Part shown: piece by piece, positions 36,226 to 50,600 of the stretch | Numbering within the stretch: the first letter of the stretch is position 1 | How the letters are laid out: every line of letters begins with the position of its first letter | NCBI RefSeq assembly: GCF_006345805.1 | Contig: NC_043025.1 | Location: 15,810,001 to 15,874,000, forward strand | DNA from: Octopus sinensis | Taxonomy: Eukaryota | Reading direction: 5' to 3' | Length of the DNA stretch: 64,000 nucleotides | Translations under genes and position numbers: made by a program | Notes under the pieces: generated by a model | Told to the model about the DNA's origin: nothing | The model's database searches: none | The model's input: the letters and a program-made list of their open reading frames with translations, nothing else

Positions 36226-37779
36226 CTCTATACAGTCACTTGAACTGCTAGAAATAGCAGTCAAATCTTCCTCAAATCACACCCTTTGATCTTAAGTATG
36301 TCTAAATGGTAGCTAAATATGCTAGAAATAGCAGCCAATCTCCCTGAAATTACAACCTACAGTCTGAATGAAATTCATGGAGTGTTTTTTTTATTTCTAC
36401 TTTTTAGAATGTTGGTAATTTAGGAATAGAGAGTAAGAGAGAATGTTCTTAGTGTTTTCATACAGACAAAAAAAGCCATTTCCAGGGTAATTCTAGCTTA
36501 TGAAAATGTTGAAGCTGCTAATAGTTTCAACATCATCTCCAAATTATTTTTCAATATATCGTTAGAGGTAAAGATATATATACAGAGGGTTTGGGCTAAC
36601 TTTCATTATTTTTAAGTCTCATTTTTTAAAGGAATATTATCATCATCATCCTTTCCATGCTGGCTTGTGTTGGATGGTTTGAGAGAAACTGGCTGGACGG
36701 AAGACTGCACCAAGCTTCAGTCTCTGTTTTTGCATGGTTTATATGACTAGATGCCCTTCCTAACACCAACCACCCTGCAGAGTGGACTGAGTGCTTTCTA
36801 CATGGCACCAGCACAGGCGAGGTCAGTTCTGGCATGATTTTTACAGCTGGATGCCCTTCCAAATGCCAACCACTTTACAATATAGACCGGATGCTTTTTA
36901 CATGGTATCAGCATTGGTATGGGCACCGAGTAACTCGCAAGACAAAGATCTTTTGAGAGGGGAGAGAGCATTGGAGGGGGGTGATCTTGTGCCAGATTAT
37001 GAAAGGTTAGAGTGTGAAAGAGAGATAGAAACAGGTGACTTGCTAAAGAGATACATGGTTACTTGGTCAGAGGTGGGAAGTGATCAAGAATGAGGACAGA
37101 AACAGGTGTGTGGCTGTAGAGGAGATACATGGTTAACCAGTGAGAGGGAGAGAGAGAGAGAGAGAGAAAGAGCAGAGGAGAGATGGTGGAGAAGTGCCAG
37201 GGCATACTGAGAAGGAAGTGGAATCAGAATATAGATGGGATGGTAGAACAGAGCAAGAGAGAGATAGATGGTGGTGAAGTGCTATGGCATACCGTCAAGG
37301 TATGGGGTTCAGAATATAAATGGTAAGGTATTGCCAAAGGTGCATGAGTAGGAATGTAAGGAGTGTGGGGGTGGGGAATGCAGTGACTGTTGAAAACTGG
37401 GTATATAGAGGGAGTGGGAGATGACAGGATTGGGGAGTGAGAGATAAGCATAAGCATAGGAAATGGGAGGAAGTGAAGAGATGTGGTTTGGTTTGTTGAG
37501 GTAAAGTGTGTGAAAAGTGGTTCTTTTTTTGTTAGCTTGATGTGTTGGTGGACAGTGTTGGTGAGCATAAAGATTAAAGAGGTGAGAAAAAGTTAGTTGA
37601 GATGGAGGAGTGATGATGATTGATGCTGGGTGTCAAAATGCCAACATCCTGACTCCTGTCCAATGCTCTGTGAACACTTCATAGGCTATAAGATATGGCA
37701 TGGACAGCTGCAGCAAAAGCTACAAAGTGAGCAGGAAGGACACAGTAGGCATTGTGACATGTCCGCATGTTGAATTTCA

Positions 37780-38195
37780 TCCAACAACTGGGGAACAGGG
37801 GATTAGGCTTAATTTAGACAGCTATGTGAAGCTGCTGAGACTGTAGTCAAACTCTGGCTGTAGGGGACTGCTGCTGAAAGGCCATGTGTGTGGCAGTAGG
37901 ATTCAGCTCCTTGCCTTGACTCTGGAAAAAGTCAGAAGTGGCTGTTGGAGAATTTGTATGGCTTCACCGGCCCCACTTTTTGGCCTCTGAATTTCTCCAG
38001 TTGTAATCCTAAGGATTATTATGTATGAGGTGTCATTGAGAAAGGCATCTACCACTCTGTCTGCAACACCTGGCCCGAGCTTGTGGCCAAGATCAAAGAG
38101 GTTTTCAAAGATCTTTCCAAGGACACAATAAGGAATGCATGTGCGAGGTTCCAGAGTTATCTAGAGGCTGTGACAGAAGCTGCAGGTAGCTAATT
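37780..38195 (+). mobile_element. Second maT-like transposase C-terminal relic
   Basis: Reads VWQ*DSAP, FWPLNFSSCNPKDYYV and NACARFQSYLEAV. Confidence 0.6.
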
Positions 38196-38334
38196 TGGGT
38201 AAAATGTTACTTTCTAGCCATAATATACTTTGATTTTCTTTAGAATATCTTTATCTTTGGATGGGATACTGTTTTCTTTTCCTTATATGCAAACTGCCAA
38301 ATTTAGCCCAAACACCCTGTATATATCATCCTCA

Positions 38335-38610
38335 TCATCATTTAACGTCTGTTGTCCATGCTGGCATGGGTTGGATGGTTTGACTGGGCTGGCATACTGG
38401 AAGACTGTGCCAGGCTCCAGTCTGATTTGGTATGGTTTTCTATGGCTGGATGCCTTTCCTAACATCAACCACTCTGAGAGCATAATGGGTGCTTTCGCCA
38501 CTGGCATAGGTACCATTTGCATGACACCGGTATCTGCCACAACTGCGATTTTGCTCAGTTTGATGGATCTTCTTTTCAAGCACAACATAATGCCAAAGGT
38601 TTTGGTCAGT
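38335..38610 (-). mobile_element. RTE-tail-related dispersed repeat forming the left flank of the 42-bp array
   Basis: catcatttaacgtc...ccatgctggcatgggttggatgg...ggctggatgcctttcctaac matches the reverse complement of the RTE 3' end. Confidence 0.7.
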
Positions 38611-41600
38611 GCCTCCATGAAGCCCAATACTCAAAAGGAACTCAGCCACTTTGCCTCTGTGAAGCCCAATACTCAAAAGGAACTCAGCCACTTTGCCTCT
38701 GTGAAGCCCAATACTCAAAAGGAACTCAGCCACTTTGCCTCCATGAAGCCCAATACTCAAAAGGAACTCAGCCACTTTGCCTCCATGAAGCCCAATACTC
38801 AAAAGGAACTCAGCCACTTTGCCTCCATGAAGCCCAACACTCAAAAGGAACTCAGCCACTTTGCCTCCATGAAGCCCAATACTCAAAAGGAACTCAGCCA
38901 CTTTGCCTCCATGAAGCCCAATACTAAAAGGAACTCAGCCACTTTGCCTCCATGAAGCCCATACTCAAAAGGAACTCAGCCACTTTGCCTCCATGAAGCC
39001 CATACTCAAAAGGAACTCAGCCACTTTGCCTCCATGAAGCCCAATACTCAAAAGGAACTCAGCCACTTTGCCTCCATGAAGCCCAATACTAAAAGGACTC
39101 AGCCACTTTGCCTCCATGAAGCCCAATACTCAAAAGGAACTCAGCCACTTTGCCTCCATAAAGCCCAATACTCAAAAGAACTCAGCCACTTTGCCTCCAT
39201 GAAGCCCAATACTCAAAAGGAACTCAGCCACTTTGCCTCCATGAAGCCCAATACTCAAAAGGAACTCAGCCACTTTGCCTCCATGAAGCCCAATACTCAA
39301 AAGGAACTCAGCCACTTTGGCCTCCATGAAGCCCAATACTCAAAAGGAACTCAGCACTTTGCCTCCATGAAGCCCAATACTCAAAAGGAACTCAGCCACT
39401 TTGCCTCCATGAAGCCCAATACTAAAAGGAACTCAGCCACTTTGCCTCCATGAGCCCAATACTCAAAAGGAACTCAGCCACTTTGCCTCCATAAAGCCCA
39501 ATACTCAAAAGGAACTCAGCCACTTTGCCTCCATGAAGCCAATACTCAAAAGGAACTCAGCCACTTTGCCTCCATGAGCCCAATACTCAAAAGGAACTCA
39601 GCCACTTTGCCTCCATGAAGCCCAATACTCAAAAGGAACTCAGCCACTTTGCTCCATGAAGCCCATACTCAAAAGGAACTCAGCCATTTGCCTCCATGAA
39701 GCCCAATACTAAAAGGAACTCAGCCACTTTGCCTCTGTGAAGCCCAATACTCAAAAGGAACTCAGCACTTTGCCTCCATGAAGCCCAATACTCAAAAGGA
39801 ACTCAGCCACTTTGCCTCATGAAGCCCAATACTCAAAAGGAACTCAGCCACTTTGCCTCCATGAAGCCCATACTCAAAAGGAACTCAGCCACTTTGCCTC
39901 CATGAAGCCAATACTCAAAAGGAACTCAGCCACTTTGCCTCATGAAGCCCAATACTAAAAGGAACTCAGCCACTTTGCTCCATGAAGCCCAATACTCAAA
40001 AGGAACTCAGCCATTTGCCTCCATGAAGCCCAATACTCAAAAGGAACTCAGCCACTTTGCCTCCATGAAGCCCAATACTAAAAGGAACTCAGCCACTTTG
40101 CCTCCATGAAGCCCAATACTCAAAAGGAACTCAGCCACTTTGCCTCCATGAAGCCCAATACTCAAAAGAACTCAGCCACTTTGCCTCCATGAAGCCCAAT
40201 ACTCAAAAGGAACTCAGCCACTTTGCCTCCATGAAGCCCAATACTCAAAAGGAACTCAGCCACTTTGCCTCCATGAAGCCCAATACTCAAAAGGAACTCA
40301 GCCACTTTGCCTCCATGAAGCCCAACACTCAAAAGGAACTCAGCCACTTTGCCTCCATGAAGCCCAATACTCAAAAGGAACTCAGCCACTTTGCCTCCAT
40401 AAAGCCCAATACTCAAAAGGAACTCAGCCACTTTGCCTCCATGAAGCCCAATACTCAAAAGGAACTCAGCCACTTTGCCTCCTCCATGAAGCCAATACTC
40501 AAAAGGAACTCAGCCACTTTGCCTCCATGAAGCCCAATACTCAAAAGGAACTCAGCCACTTTGCCTCCATGAAGCCCAATGCTCAAAAGGAACTCAGTCA
40601 CTTTGCCTCCATGTGGCCCAGTGCTCAAGAGGAACTCAGACACTTTGCCTTTGTGAGGCCCAACACTCAAAAGGAACTCAGCCACTTTGCCTCCATGTGG
40701 CCCAGTGCTCAAGAGGAACTCAGACACTTTGCCTTTGTGAGGCCCAACACTCAAAAGGAACTCAGCCACTTTGCCTCCATGTGGCCCAGTGCTCAAGAGG
40801 AACTCAGACACTTTGCCTTTGTGAGGCCCAACACTCAAAAGGAACTCAGTCACTTTGCCTCCATGTGGCCCAGTGCTCAAGAGGAACTCAGACACTTTGC
40901 CTCCATAAGCCCAATACTCAAAAGGAACTCAGCCACTTTGCCTCCATGAAGCCCATACTCAAAAGGAACTCAGCCACTTTGCCTCCATAAAGCCCAATAC
41001 TCAAAAGGAACTCAGCCACTTTGCCTCTGTGAAGCCCAATACTCAAAAGGAACTCAACCACTTTGCCTGCATGTGGCCCAAAGCTTGAAAGGAACTCAGC
41101 CACTTTGCCTCCATGAAGCCCAATACTAAAAGGAACTCAGCCACTTTGCCTCCATGAAGCCCATACTCAAAAGGAACTCAGCCACTTTGCCTCCATGAAG
41201 CCCAATACTCAAAAGGAACTCAGCCACTTTGCCTCCATGAAGCCCAATACTCAAAAGGAACTCAGCCACTTTGCCTCCATGAAGCCCAATACTCAAAAGG
41301 AACTCAGCCACTTTGCCTCCATGAAGCCCAATACTCAAAAGGAACTCAGCCACTTTGCCTCCATGAAGCCCAATACTCAAAAGGAACTCAGCCACTTTGC
41401 CTCCATGAAGCCCATACTCAAAAGGAACTCAGCCACTTTGCCTCCATGAAGCCCAATACTCAAAAGGAACTCAGCCACTTTGCCTCCATGAAGCCCAACA
41501 CTCAAAAGGAACTCAGCCACTTTGCCTCCATGAAGCCCAATACTCAAAAGGAACTCAGCCACTTTGCCTCCATAAAGCCCAATACTCAAAAGGAACTCAG

Positions 41601-44600
41601 CCACTTTGCCTCTGTGAAGCCCAATACTCAAAAGGAACTCAACCACTTTGCCTGCATGTGGCCCAAAGCTTGAAAGGAACTCAGCCACTTTGCCTCCATG
41701 AAGCCCAATACTCAAAAGGAACTCAGCCACTTTGCCTCCATGAAGCCCAATACTCAAAAGGAACTCAGCCACTTTTCCTCCATGAAGCCCAATACTCAAA
41801 AGGAACTCAGCCACTTTGCCTCCATGAAGCCCAATACTCAAAAGGGACTCAGCCACTTTGCCTCTGTGAAGCCCAATACTCAAAAGGAACTCAGCCACTT
41901 TGCCTCCATGAAGCCCAATACTCAAAAGGAACTCAGCCACTTTGCCTCCATGAAGCCCAATACACAAAAGGAACTCAGCCACTTTGCCTCCATGAAGCCC
42001 AATACTCAAAAGGAACTCAGCCACTTTGCCTCCATGAAGCCCAATACTCAAAAGAACTCAGCCACTTTGCCTCCATGAAGCCCAATACTAAAAAGGAACT
42101 CAGCCACTTTGCCTCCATGAAGCCCAATACTCAAAAGGAACTCAGATACTTTGCCTCTGTGAAGCCCAATACTCAAAAGAAACTCAGCCACTTTGCCTCC
42201 ATGAACCCAACTCAAAAGGAACTCAGTCACTTTGCCTCCATGTGGCCCAGTGCTCAAGAGGAACTCAGACACTTTGCCTTTGTGAGGCCCAACACTCAAA
42301 AGGAACTCAGCCACTTTGCCTCCATGAAGCCCAATACTCAAAAGGAACTCAGCCACTTTGCCTCCATGAAGCCCAATACTCAAAAGGAACTCAGCCACTT
42401 TGCCTCCATAAAGCCCAATACTCAAAAGGAACTCAGTCACTTTGCCTCCATGTGGCCCAGTGCTCAAGAGGAACTCAGACACTTTGCCTTTGTGAGGCCC
42501 AACACTCAAAAGGAACTCAGCCACTTTGCCTCCATAAAGCCCAATACTCAAAAGGAACTCAGCCACTTTGCCTCTGGAAGCCAATACTCAAAAGGAACTC
42601 AACCACTTTGCCTGCATGTGGCCCAAAGCTTGAAAGGAACTCAGCCACTTTGCCTCCATGAAGCCCAATACTCAAAAGGAACTCAGCCACTTTGCCTCCA
42701 TGAAGCCCAATACTCAAAAGGAACTCAGCCACTTTGCCTCCATGAAGCCCAATACTCAAAAGGAACTCAGCCACTTTGCCTCTGTGAAGCCCAATACTCA
42801 AAAGGAACTCAGCCACTTTGCCTCCATGAAGCCCAATACTCAAAAGGAACTCAGCCACTTTGCCTCCATGAAGCCCAATACTCAAAAGGAACTCAACCAC
42901 TTTGCCTGCATGTGGCCCAAAGCTTGAAAGGAACTCAGCCACTTTGCCTCCATGAAGCCCAATACTCAAAAGGAACTCAGCCACTTTGCCTCTGTGAAGC
43001 CCAATACTCAAAAGGAACTCAGCCACTTTGCCTCTGTGAAGCCCAATGCTCAAAAGGAACTCAACCACTTTGCCTGCATGTGGCCCAAAGCTTGAAAGGA
43101 ACTCAGCCACTTTGCCTCCATGAAGCCCAATACTCAAAAGGAACTGAGCCACTTTGCCTCCATGAAGCCCAATACTCAAAAGGAACTCAGCCACTTTGCC
43201 TCCATGAAGCCCAATACACAAAAGGAACTCAGCCACTTGCCTCCATGAAGCCCAATACTCAAAAGGAACTCAGCCACTTTGCCTCCATGAAGCCCAATAC
43301 TCAAAAGGAACTCAGCCACTTTGCCTCCATGAAGCCCAATACTCAAAAGGAACTCAGCCACTTTGCCTCCATGAAGCCCAATACTCAAAAGGACCTCAGC
43401 CACTTTGCCTCTGTGAAGCCCAATACTCAAAAGGAACTCAGCCACTTTGCCTCCATGAAGCCCAATACTCAAAAGGAACTCAGCCTTTGCCTCCATGAAG
43501 CCCAACACTCAAAAGGAACTCAGCCACTTTGCCTCCATGAAGCCCAATACTCAAAAGGAACTCAGCCACTTTGCCTCCATAAAGCCCAATACTCAAAAGG
43601 AACTCAGCCACTTTGCCTCTGTGAAGCCCAATACTCAAAAGGAACTCAACCACTTTGCCTGCATGTGGCCCAAGCTTGAAAGGAACTCAGCCACTTTGCC
43701 TCCATGAAGCCCAATACTCAAAAGGAACTCAGCCACTTTGCCTCATGAAGCCCAATACTCAAAAGGAACTCAGCCACTTTTCCTCCATGAAGCCCATACC
43801 CAAAGGAACTCAGCCACTTTGCCTCCATGAAGCCCAATACTCAAAAGGGACTCAGCCACTTTGCCTCTGTGAAGCCCAATACTCAAAAGGAACTCAGCCA
43901 CTTTGCCTCCATGAAGCCCAATACTCAAAAGGAACTCAGCCACTTTGCCTCCATGAAGCCCAATACACAAAAGGAACTCAGCCACTTTGCCTCCATGAAG
44001 CCCAATACTCAAAAGGAACTCAGCCACTTTGCCTCCATGAAGCCCAATACTCAAAAGGAACTCAGCCACTTTGCCTCCATGAAGCCCAATACTCAAAAGG
44101 AACTCAGCCACTTTGCCTCCATGAAGCCCAATACTCAAAAGGAACTCAGCCACTTTGCCTCTGTGAAGCCCAATACTCAAAAGGAACTCAGCCACTTTGC
44201 CTCCATGAAGCCCAATACTCAAAAGGAACTCAGCCACTTTGCCTCCATGAAGCCCAATACTCAAAAGGAACTCAGCCACTTTGCCTCTGTGAAGCCCAAT
44301 ACTCAAAAGGAACTCAGCCACTTTGCCTCCATGAAGCCCAATACTCAAAAGGAACTCAGCCACTTTGCCTCCATGAAGCCCAATACTCAAAAGGAACTCA
44401 GCCACTTTGCCTCCATAAAGCCCAATACTCAAAAGGAACTCAGCCACTTTGCCTCCATGAAGCCCAACACTCAAAAGGAACTCAGCCACTTTGCCTCCAT
44501 GAAGCCCAATACTCAAAAAACTCAGCCACTTTGCCTCCATAAAGCCCAATACTCAAAAGGAACTCAGCCACTTTGCCTCTGTGAAGCCCAATACTCAAAA

Positions 44601-47600
44601 GGAACTCAACCACTTTGCCTGCATGTGGCCCAAAGCTTGAAAGGAACTCAGCCACTTTGCCTCCATGAAGCCCAATACTCAAAAGGAACTCAGCCACTTT
44701 GCCTCCATGAAGCCCAATACTCAAAAGGAACTCAGCCACTTTGCCTCCATGAAGCCCAATACTCAAAAGGAACTCAGCCACTTTGCCTCTGTGAAGCCCA
44801 ATACTCAAAAGGAACTCAGCCACTTTGCCTCCATGAAGCCCAATACTCAAAAGGACTCAGCCACTTTGCCTCCATGAAGCCCAATACTCAAAAGGAACTC
44901 AACCACTTTGCCTGCATGTGGCCCAAAGCTTGAAAGGAACTCAGCCACTTTGCCTCCATGAAGCCCAATACTCAAAAGGAACTCAGCCACTTTGCCTCTG
45001 TGAAGCCCAATACTCAAAAGGAACTCAGCCACTTTGCCTCTGTGAAGCCCAATACTCAAAAGGAACTCAACCACTTTGCCTGCATGTGGCCCAAAGCTTG
45101 AAAGGAACTCAGCCACTTTGCCTCCATGAAGCCCAATACTCAAAAGGAACTCAGCCACTTTGCCTCTGTGAAGCCCAATACTCAAAAGGAACTCAGCTAC
45201 TTTGCCTCCATGAAGCCCAATACTCAAAAGGAACTCAGCCACTTTGCCTCCATGAAGCCCAATACTCAAAAGGAACTCAGCCACTTTGCCTCTGTGAAGC
45301 CCATACTCAAAAGGAACTCAGCCACTTTGCCTCCATGAAGCCCAATACTCAAAAGGAACTCAGCCACTTTGCCTCCATGAAGCCCAATACTCAAAAGGAA
45401 CTCAGCCACTTTGCCTCCATAAAGCCCAATACTCAAAAGGAACTCAGCCACTTTGCCTCCATGAAGCCCAACACTCAAAAGGAACTCAGCCACTTTGCCT
45501 CCATGAAGCCCAATACTCAAAAGGAACTCAGCCACTTTGCCTCCATAAAGCCCAATACTCAAAGGAACTCAGCCACTTTGCCTCTGTGAAGACCAATACT
45601 CAAAAGGAACTCAACCACTTTGCCTGCATGTGACCCAAAGCTTGAAAGGAACTCAGCCACTTTGCCTCTGTGAAGCCCAATACTCAAAAGGAACTCAGCC
45701 ACTTTGCTTCCATGAAGCCCAATACTCAAAAGGACTCAGCCACTTTGCCTCTGTGAAGCCCAATACTCAAAAGGAACTCAGCCACTTTGCCTCTGTGAAG
45801 CCCAATACTCAAAAGGAACTCAACCACTTTGCCTGCATGTGGCCCAAGCTTGAAAGGAACTCAGCCACTTTGCCTCCATGAAGCCCAATACTCAAAGGAA
45901 CTGAGCCACTTTGCCTCCATGAAGCCCAATACTCAAAAGGAACTCAGCCACTTTGCCTCTATGAAGCCCAATACACAAAAGGAACTCAGCCACTTTGCCT
46001 CCATGAAGCCCAATACTCAAAAGGAACTCAGCCACTTTGCCTCCATGAAGCCCAATACTCAAAAGGACTCAGCCACTTTGCCTCCATGAAGCCCAATACT
46101 CAAAAGGAACTCAGCCACTTTGCCTCCATGAAGCCCAATACTCAAAAGGAACTCAGCCACTTTGCCTCTGTGAAGCCCAATACTCAAAAGGAACTCAGCT
46201 ACTTTGCCTCCATGAAGCCCAATACTCAAAAGGAACTCAGCCACTTTGCCTCCATGAAGCCCAATACTCAAAAGGAACTCAGCCACTTTGCCTCTGTGAA
46301 GCCCAATACTCAAAAGGAACTCAGCCACTTTGCCTCCATGAAGCCCAATACTCAAAAGGAACTCAGCCACTTTGCCTCCATGAAGCCCAATACTCAAAAG
46401 GAACTCAGCCACTTTGCCTCCATAAAGCCCAATACTCAAAAGGAACTCAGCCACTTTGCCTCCATGAAGCCAACACTCAAAAGGAACTCAGCCACTTTGC
46501 CTCCATGAAGCCCAATACTCAAAAGGAACTCAGCCACTTTGCCTCCATAAGCCCAATACTCAAAAGGAACTCAGCCACTTTGCCTCTGTGAAGCCCAATA
46601 CTCAAAAGGAACTCAACACTTTGCCTGCATGTGGCCCAAAGCTTGAAAGGAACTCAGCCACTTTGCCTCTGTGAAGCCCAATACTCAAAAGGAACTCAGC
46701 CACTTTGCTTCCATGAAGCCCAATACTCAAAAGGAACTCAGCCACCACTTTGCCTCTGTGAAGCCCAATACTCAAAAGGAACTCAGCCACTTTGCCTCCA
46801 TGAAGCCCAATACTCAAAAGGAACTCAGCCACTTTGCCTCCATGAAGCCCAATACTCAAAGGAACTCAACCACTTTGCCTGCATGTGGCCCAAAGCTTGA
46901 AAGGAACTCAGCCACTTTGCCTCCATGAAGCCCAATACTCAAAAGGAACTCAGCCACTTTGCCTCTGTGAAGCCCAATACTCAAAAGGAACTCAGCCACT
47001 TTGCCTCTGTGAAGCCCAATACTCAAAAGGAACTCAACCACTTTGCCTGCATGTGGCCCAAAGCTTGAAAGGAACTCAGCCACTTTGCCTCCATGAAGCC
47101 CAATACTCAAAAGGAACTGAGCCACTTTGCCTCCATGAAGCCCAATACTCAAAAGAACTCAGCCACTTTGCCTCCATGAAGCCCAATACTCAAAAGGAAC
47201 TCAGCCACTTTGCCTCCATGAAGCCCAGTACTCAAAAGAACTCAGCCACTTTGCCTCCATGAAGCCCAATACTCAAAAGGAACTCAGCCACTTTTCCTCC
47301 ATGAAGCCCAATACCCAAAAGGAACTCAGCCACTTTGCCTCCATGAAGCCCAATACTCAAAAGGGACTCAGCCACTTTGCCTCTGTGAAGCCCAATACTC
47401 AAAAGGAACTCAGCCTTTGCCTCCATGAAGCCCAATACTCAAAAGGAACTCAGCCACTTTGCCTCCATGAAGCCCAATACACAAAAGGAACTCAGCCACT
47501 TTGCCTCCATGAAGCCCAATACTCAAAAGGAACTCAGCCACTTTGCCTCCATGAAGCCCAATACTCAAAAGGAACTCAGCCACTTTGCCTCCATGAAGCC

Positions 47601-50600
47601 CAATACTCAAAAGGAACTCAGCCACTTTGCCTCCATGAAGCCCAATACTCAAAAGGAACTCAGCCACTTTGCCTCTGTGAAGCCCAATACTCAAAAGGAA
47701 CTCAGCCACTTTGCCTCCATGAAGCCCAATACTCAAAAGGAACTCAGCCACTTTGCCTCCATGAAGCCCAATACACAAAAGGAACTCAGCCACTTTGCCT
47801 CCATGAAGCCCAATACTCAAAAGGAACTCAGCCACTTTGCCTCCATGAAGCCCAATACTCAAAAGGAACTCAGCCACTTTGCCTCCATGAAGCCCAATAC
47901 TCAAAAGGAACTCAGCCACTTTGCCTCCATGAAGCCCAATACTCAAAGGAACTCAGCCACTTTGCCTCTGTGAAGCCCAATACTCAAAAGGAACTCAGCC
48001 ACTTTGCCTCCATGAAGCCCAATACTCAAAAGGAACTCAGCCACTTTGCCTCTGTGAAGCCCAATACTCAAAAGGAACTCAGCCACTTTGCCTCCATGAA
48101 GCCCAATACTCAAAAGGAACTCAGCCACTTTGCCTCCATGAAGCCCAATACTCAAAAGGAACTCAGCCACTTTGCCTCCATAAAGCCCAATACTCAAAAG
48201 GAACTCAGCCACTTTGCCTCCATGAAGCCCAACACTCAAAAGGAACTCAGCCACTTTGCCTCCATGAAGCCCAATACTCAAAAGGAACTCAGCCACTTTG
48301 CCTCCATAAAGCCCAATACTCAAAAGGAACTCAGCCACTTTGCCTCTGTGAAGCCCAATACTCAAAAGGAACTCAACCACTTTGCCTGCATGTGGCCCAA
48401 AGCTTGAAAGGAACTCAGCCACTTTGCCTCCATGAAGCCCAATACTCAAAAGGAACTCAGCCACTTTGCCTCCATGAAGCCCAATACTCAAAAGGAACTC
48501 AGCCACTTTGCCTCCATGAAGCCCAATACTCAAAAGGAACTCAGCCACTTTGCCTCTGTGAAGCCCAATACTCAAAAAACTCAGCCACTTTGCCTCCATG
48601 AAGCCCAATACTCAAAAGGAACTCAGCCACTTTGCCTCCATGAAGCCCAATACTCAAAAGGAACTCAACCACTTTGCCTGCATGTGGCCCAAAGCTTGAA
48701 AGGAACTCAGCCACTTTGCCTCCATGAAGCCCAATACTCAAAAGGAACTCACCACTTTGCCTCTGTGAAGCCCAATACTCAAAAGAACTCAGCCACTTTG
48801 CCTCTGTGAAGCCCAATACTCAAAAGGAACTCAACCACTTTGCCTGCATGTGCCCAAAGCTTGAAAGGTACTCAGCCACTTTGCCTCCATGAAGCCCAAC
48901 TCAAAAGGAACTGAGCCACTTTGCCTCCATGAAGCCCAATACTCAAAAGGAACTCAGCCACTTTGCCTCTATGAAGCCCAATACACAAAAGGAACTCAGC
49001 CACTTTGCCTCCATGAAGCCCAATACTCAAAAGGAACTCAGCCACTTTGCCTCCATGAAGCCCAATACTCAAAAGGAACTCAGCCTTTGCCTCTATGAAG
49101 CCCAATACTCAAAAGGAACTCAGCCACTTTGCCTCCATGAAGCCCAATACTCAAAAGGAACTCAGCCACTTTGCCTCTGTGAAGCCCAATACTCAAAAGG
49201 AACTCAGCTACTTTGCCTCCATGAAGCCCAATACTCAAAAGGAACTCAGCCACTTTGCCTCCATGAAGCCCAATACTCAAAAGGAACTCAGCCACTTTGC
49301 CTCTGTGAAGCCCAATACTCAAAAGGAACTCAGCCACTTTGCCTCCATGAAGCCCAATACTCAAAAGGAACTCAGCCACTTTGCCTCCATGAAGCCCAAT
49401 ACTCAAAAGGAACTCAGCCACTTTGCCTCCATAAAGCCCAATACTCAAAAGGAACTCAGCCACTTTGCCTCCATGAAGCCCAACACTCAAAAGGAACTCA
49501 GCCACTTTGCCTCCATGAAGCCCAATACTCAAAAGGAACTCAGCCACTTTGCCTCCATAAAGCCCAATACTCAAAAGGAACTCAGCCACTTTGCCTCTGT
49601 GAAGACCAATACTCAAAAGGAACTCAACCACTTTGCCTGCATGTGACCCAAAGCTTGAAAGGAACTCAGCCACTTTGCCTCTGTGAAGCCCAATACTCAA
49701 AAGGAACTCAGCCACTTTGCTTCCATGAAGCCCAATACTCAAAAGGAACTCAGCCACTTTGCCTCTGTGAAGCCCAATACTCAAAAGGAACTCAGCCACT
49801 TTGCCTCTGTGAAGCCCAATACTCAAAAGGAACTCAACCACTTTGCCTGCATGTGGCCCAAAGCTTGAAAGGAACTCAGCCACTTTGCCTCCATGAAGCC
49901 CAATACTCAAAAGGAACTGAGCCACTTTGCCTCCATGAAGCCCAATACTCAAAAGGAACTCAGCCACTTTGCCTCTGTGAAGCCCAATACTCAAAAGGAA
50001 CTCAGCCACTTTGCCTCTGTGAAGCCCAATACTCAAAAGGAACTCAACCACTTTGCCTGCATGTGGCCCAAAGCTTGAAAGGAACTCAGCCACTTTGCCT
50101 CCATGAAGCCCAATACTCAAAAGGAACTGAGCCACTTTGCCTCCATGAAGCCCAATACTCAAAAGGAACTCAGCCACTTTGCCTCCATGAAGCCCAATAC
50201 TCAAAAGGAACTCAGCCACTTTGCCTCCATGAAGCCCAATACTCAAAAGGAACTCAACCACTTTGCCTGCATGTGGCCCAAAGCTTGAAAGGAACTCAGC
50301 CACTTTGCCTCCATGAAGCCCAATACTCAAAAGGAACTCAGCCACTTTGCCTCTGTGAAGCCCAATACTCAAAAGGAACTCAGCCACTTTGCCTCTGTGA
50401 AGCCCAATACTCAAAAGGAACTCAACCACTTTGCCTGCATGTGGCCCAAAGCTTGAAAGGAACTCAGCCACTTTGCCTCCATGAAGCCCAATACTCAAAA
50501 GGAACTGAGCCACTTTGCCTCCATGAAGCCCAATACTCAAAAGGAACTCAGCCACTTTGCCTCCATGAAGCCCAATACTCAAAAGGAACTCAGCCACTTT

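Noticed and set aside
37130-37620. Purine-rich (GA)n/GGA tract as a regulatory or G4 element
   Set aside because: Low-complexity sequence with no regular four-G-tract pattern and nothing specific to support a function.
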